64,000 bases of DNA, from assembly GCF_041146345.1 (NCBI RefSeq), contig NW_027191413.1, positions 868,001 through 932,000 of the forward strand. Reading direction: 5' to 3'. Source of the DNA: Neodothiora populina (Eukaryota). Under the pieces are notes generated by a model. The model was given only the letters and a program-made list of their open reading frames with translations, had not been told where the DNA came from and did not search any database. The number at the start of each line of letters is the position of its first letter. Within the stretch, counting starts at the first letter, position 1. Made by a program: the position numbers and the translations under genes. Positions 59,951 to 64,000 of the stretch are shown here, piece after piece.

Positions 59951-62766
59951 CTAGTTCAACCCCAACCGCACCCTCGCAACCCCTTCCCACCCCTCACGCG
60001 CACTCGCCTCAGCGCGCTCCGCGAACGCCCTCAGCCCCTTGTCCAGACTCTCGCTTTCACACAGCACGTCGCCCACAGACCCGTTGTTGCGCAGCGCCTG
60101 CACGATATCTTGCGCGTCGATGCATTTCTTGGCTGCGGCTGCGCTGGCGAGCAGGGCTGAGTGGGCGGATTTGATGGTGGATTTCAGAGCGGGGAGGGAT
60201 TTGGGGGGGAGGGGCAGTTGGTGATGCGTGCTGGTGTTGTTTGTGGGGCTGCGTTTTTTGGTTCCGGTGGAGATGAAGAGGGCGCAAGACCGCAAGAGGT
60301 CGACGAGGAGGAAGTGGGACTGGAGGTGCGCTGTTGTGGGCGGTAGACCGGGATGGGGCTTGTAGGCCGTTAGTGACGAGAGAGGGAGGGTGGTCAGGGT
60401 GGTTTGGAGGCTCTCGACGCGGGATTGGAGGTTTGCGGCGGCGTCTTTGGGCGCGGTCTCTACCGAGGGGAAAAGAGCTTGGGTTGCGAGGAGGAGTGCA
60501 TTCCAGGGTGCTATGAGGGCTGATTCCATAGTTGTGAGTTCGGCGGCTCCGGAGGTCGCTTCTGAGTCTGTTATGGGTGTGCTGGGCGCGGTGCAGACGG
60601 TGTCGCGGTTGGAGAGCAGAGACCACACGTCTTCGGCTAGGATGGCTGTCTTGAGCCATACGCTGTTCGGGATCTTGCCGCCTGCTTGGAGTCGACGTTC
60701 GGGGTAGGAGTCCTTGGTCACGCTGTCGTAGTTGAATGTCTCGGCATAGTCTCTGCTGTCCTTGAGGTCTTTTGTCCAATGATCCAAAACGCGAGGTCGT
60801 ACCTCGTAGACCCGAGGCTCCTGCACGTCGTCTGTCAGGCGTGAGATACGAGCCTGCTCGAGAATCATCATGCGCCTGGTCAGACTGTGAGCGAGCGTGT
60901 TGCGAAGGTCTTGGAGCTCGAAAATGAGATCGCATTTGCCCTGCTCAAACAGCTTCATCTGCGCGTTTGCTAGCTTTTGGTCCGACGATAGGAATACATC
61001 GAGGCCTTCGTCGATTATGCGCGTCGGGTCGATGCTCTCTTGACGCTTCTGCTCGAATGCGAATGGGTGACTGATCGACACTCGGCTCAGAAACATGTGA
61101 GCCATGGTTTCGTACTGGATTTCGCGCACTCTGAGCGTCTTGTACTGCTGCATGGCGAGCGAGTGCAGACCAATCTCTGACTCTAGATACACCAGCATCA
61201 CCCTGCCTGGGTGTGCATCTTCCGGTGCAGGTCCACTTTCAAGCAAGTACGCTGCCTGGAAGAGGTAGGTAACATCTTGTTCGGCTTCATATAGTCGGAT
61301 CAGAGCAGCGGCTGCAAGATATGTAGCGTCGGCGGTGCTCAACTTGTTACGATGACAGACTTCGACCAAACGAATGGCCTTGCAGGCGAAATCGCGAATC
61401 TTTTCTGGCTTTCCATCTGCTTTGACACCGACTTCAAGCAAGTAATCGAATTTGAGGGCGTTGATTTCCGCAGTCAGGCATTCTGCGCGTTTCTTGAAGT
61501 CAATGTCTGTCTCACCGGCCGGATCGATCTTTGAGAGCTTGAGCGGTGAGTCTGCCATGTGCTTCTGGACTTCGACCTGTGCAGTCAGAGGTAGTCGTGC
61601 CACCGTATCCTTGATGTCATCGTAGCAAAATGGGTGGCCTTGCCATGCAGTGAAATACTCCTTGGCAACCTGCACTGTTTGCATATAAGAGGTTCCGTTC
61701 ACATCGCCATCCTTGGTGCTTTTCTGTGCCAATAACAAGGTCACCCACAGTGTGACAATCATTCGCTGACGCTTTTCTTTCCAAGCTGCTGCGGACTCAG
61801 GCTTGTATTCGAGACACTTGCTCAACTCTCCAAGCTTATCGCAAGCGTGCACTAGTCCGCTCCACACTTTCCAATCGTCTTTGACTATGAGATCCTCCTT
61901 CTTCGAGTCACCGTTCGTCGAGTCCGGTTGATCGGTGCCTAGTAAAGAGCTACACAAGTCCCGAAGTTCGTCCCATCTGCCCTCTGTAATGCAAATCTCG
62001 ATCCTTTGTCGAGCGAATTGCCAGTCAGCGAACGCCTGCTTTGACACAGCAGTATCCTTATCCTTGAGAGAGGTGAAACAATCTAGTACTTCACCTGCTT
62101 GACCCTGCCTGAGATACAGCTGGGTCAAGAAGCGGAGATCACCTGCGGTGTCGATACTGGTCTGCTTCATGATCCGGAATGCAAGCATGCGGTTCATGTC
62201 AGCCACCCTCGAATCAGCCTCTGCTTCTGCCAGCATCTGCTGTACAGCAATATGAGCCAGCTTCCAGCCTCTATTGTTTGGGTCCCCTTTCTTCAATGCT
62301 ACCAGGGCCTAGTCATTCCGTTAATATTCAAGACCTCTCAATACAATAGGTCTATACTCACTGTGCCGGCGTCCGACCACCTCTGTTCGATAACTGCGGA
62401 CAAGAACCTCTGGTGACTGATAGACATGGCCGCCTTCTTCCCAGCAAAACCCGTGGCATTGGTCCATAGTTTTGCCGCCCTAGGTCCATTACTCAGCGGT
62501 CGTGGATACACGTCTGAAGACACAGACGTGGCAAGCTCATCCAGGTTCTTCAGTAGGTTCAGATCAGTAATAGGAGGGCTTTTCTGGGCAAGCTGATCCA
62601 AGATTTTGTTCGCCTCGTCGGGTTGTCCCAGGCCAATGAGGAAACTGGCTTTGAAGTAGAGCAAGCGGGCATCTGAAGGTGATTTTTTCAAGGACTTGTT
62701 ACATCGGTCCAGACCGATTTTGTATCTCCCTGACTGTAAGAAGTCTAGCAGTTCTATAGATGCCAT
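59951..62766 (-). CDS. MDM20: NatB N-terminal acetyltransferase auxiliary subunit (Mdm20/Naa25-like), 2 exons
   Basis: TPR-like N-terminus (GLDRCNKSLKKSPSD...LYFKASFL); long helical protein with CYDDIK, LYEAE...LFQAAYLLE and GLHSLAMQQYKTLRVREIQYETMAH segments; intron near 62361-62309. Confidence 0.75.
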
Positions 62767-63337
62767 TTTTGGGGGGTGCAGATGGCGAAACCGGGTGTCC
62801 AGTGGACCCAATGAAAATCTATCCCCTGGTATAAAGCCGCCACTAATCCTTGGATATTCCGTACAAGTGGCCGTAATAACAGACTCGTCTTGCTATCGCT
62901 AAGAGAAGTGCACCGTTCCACACGTGATGTTCGCGACAGTAGTAGACTATATTGTTGCGCCCGAATAAATATATTGAATTGACGCAGAATGTCGGAGTTG
63001 TCCAATCAGATCATGGCAGCGCGTTTGTGAAAGTCGGCTGGCCTGTCGAGCGCGGGCCGAAATCCCGGACAACGCTAGTTCCTACCACCTGCATCCCTCT
63101 CAATCTACTATCCTACCAAGAGTATACAACTATGCAAATGGTACTCGGTCGTGCCCTTCGTTGCATCCGTATCGAGCGATCCGAAAGATGGCACAGACGT
63201 GATAGCGTATACACAGAAAACATCCGCCTATAATAAGTCAAGATCGAGAATGCAGTAGTTATACCGTAGATGTATAGGCTGAACGGAGCGGACGACCATT
63301 GCAGCTTCACGGCAGCTGCCTGGACAAGTATCACTAT

Positions 63338-64000
63338 CTAGAGCATGGACCTGCCCCATCCCGGCCTACTCAGCCACCGAGAGACTTCGTCAATTCCAGA
63401 CTGGATATCGCTAACCGTAAGACCTGGTGCGTTCGGTGGCCCAGGATTGTTGTGCAAAGGCACCTTCCTCCGGTGATTCTTGCCCACCTCCAAGATTGTT
63501 CCTCCAGGCAAATCCTCATCCACGATGCATGCGAGCATTGCCTCTGCAACTTCCTCTGGCGTGGCCCACTCATCTTGAGAATCATCGAACAATTTGCTCT
63601 TCTCGGGATGGTCGGTCCACAGAGGAGTTTTGATAATCCCCGGTGCCACTCCGTTCACTCTGATGCCCAACCTTTCCTCTAAAGACGCAAGCGAGTAGAC
63701 AAACCCACTGATTGCATGCTTGCTCGCGTAGTACAAGGGAGTAGGTAAGCCGGCGTTCTGACCCGCAATGCTGCTAACATGGACGATCCACTTTGGGTGC
63801 GTACGGGTGACCTTGGCTCCCCTAGACGGGGACAGAAAGTACGCAATAGCCATCTGCGTTGTGCGGATCGGGTGCGTAATATTGATGTCTAGCAAAGCAT
63901 AGCGACTCTCGCTTGTCTGATCCCTCGACGCTTCGCTGCCCGGCGGGTGCCAGAAATTGCTCCAGTGAGGCTCGAAGATACCTGCTCCGGGGCAAACGAT
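63338..64000 (-). CDS. Short-chain dehydrogenase/reductase (15-hydroxyprostaglandin dehydrogenase-like); 5' end outside window
   Basis: IVCPGAGIFEPHWSNFWHPPGS, LDINITHPIRTTQMAI, HVSSIAG, YYASK (YxxxK), VNGVAPGIIKTPLW. Confidence 0.85.
   Translation of the reverse strand: MVCPGAGIFEPHWSNFWHPPGSEASRDQTSESRYALLDINITHPIRTTQMAIAYFLSPSRGAKVTRTHPKWIVHVSSIAGQNAGLPTPLYYASKHAISGFVYSLASLEERLGIRVNGVAPGIIKTPLWTDHPEKSKLFDDSQDEWATPEEVAEAMLACIVDEDLPGGTILEVGKNHRRKVPLHNNPGPPNAPGLTVSDIQSGIDEVSRWLSRPGWGRSML

Noticed and set aside
1..64000. Transposons, CRISPR arrays, rRNA
   Set aside because: I saw no transposase, RT or integrase motifs, terminal repeats, spacer-repeat arrays or rRNA-like sequence.

Overview
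Intron-rich, gene-dense segment of a filamentous ascomycete (Pezizomycotina; Dothideomycete affinity is my inference). I can support about 23 protein-coding genes and one intron-containing tRNA-Leu(AAG). Most are housekeeping or signalling genes: the ferric reductase C-terminus, chk1, flbA-type RGS, Pep12/Vam3 syntaxin, NDC1, two SDRs, a Zn-dependent dehydrogenase, a cyclophilin, a Zn2Cys6 factor, ECM29, ADE8, ERD1, ornithine decarboxylase, dolichol kinase, APE2, SVP26, IDH1, FCF1, a CSI2-like protein and MDM20/NAA25. I found no transposon, CRISPR array or secondary-metabolite cluster. Highlights: (1) A Kex2-processed repeat precursor (55268-55975) encodes four copies of GLVRAG(K/R)FGNWCVAPGQMCYK(S/T), an alpha-pheromone-type WCxxxGQxC core with a long cationic N-terminal extension and conserved acidic spacers. 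(2) Its promoter carries an array of TTATTGA motifs, two inside a shared 18-bp element with a layout resembling a MAT-alpha1/Mcm1 composite site. (3) The ODC 5' leader holds an AUG-less uORF ending in Pro-Pro-stop, a candidate polyamine sensor. (4) A four-exon 114-aa gene is missed by the ORF track. (5) APE2 has candidate alternative starts that could give dual targeting. All calls come from reading the sequence by eye; no searches were run.
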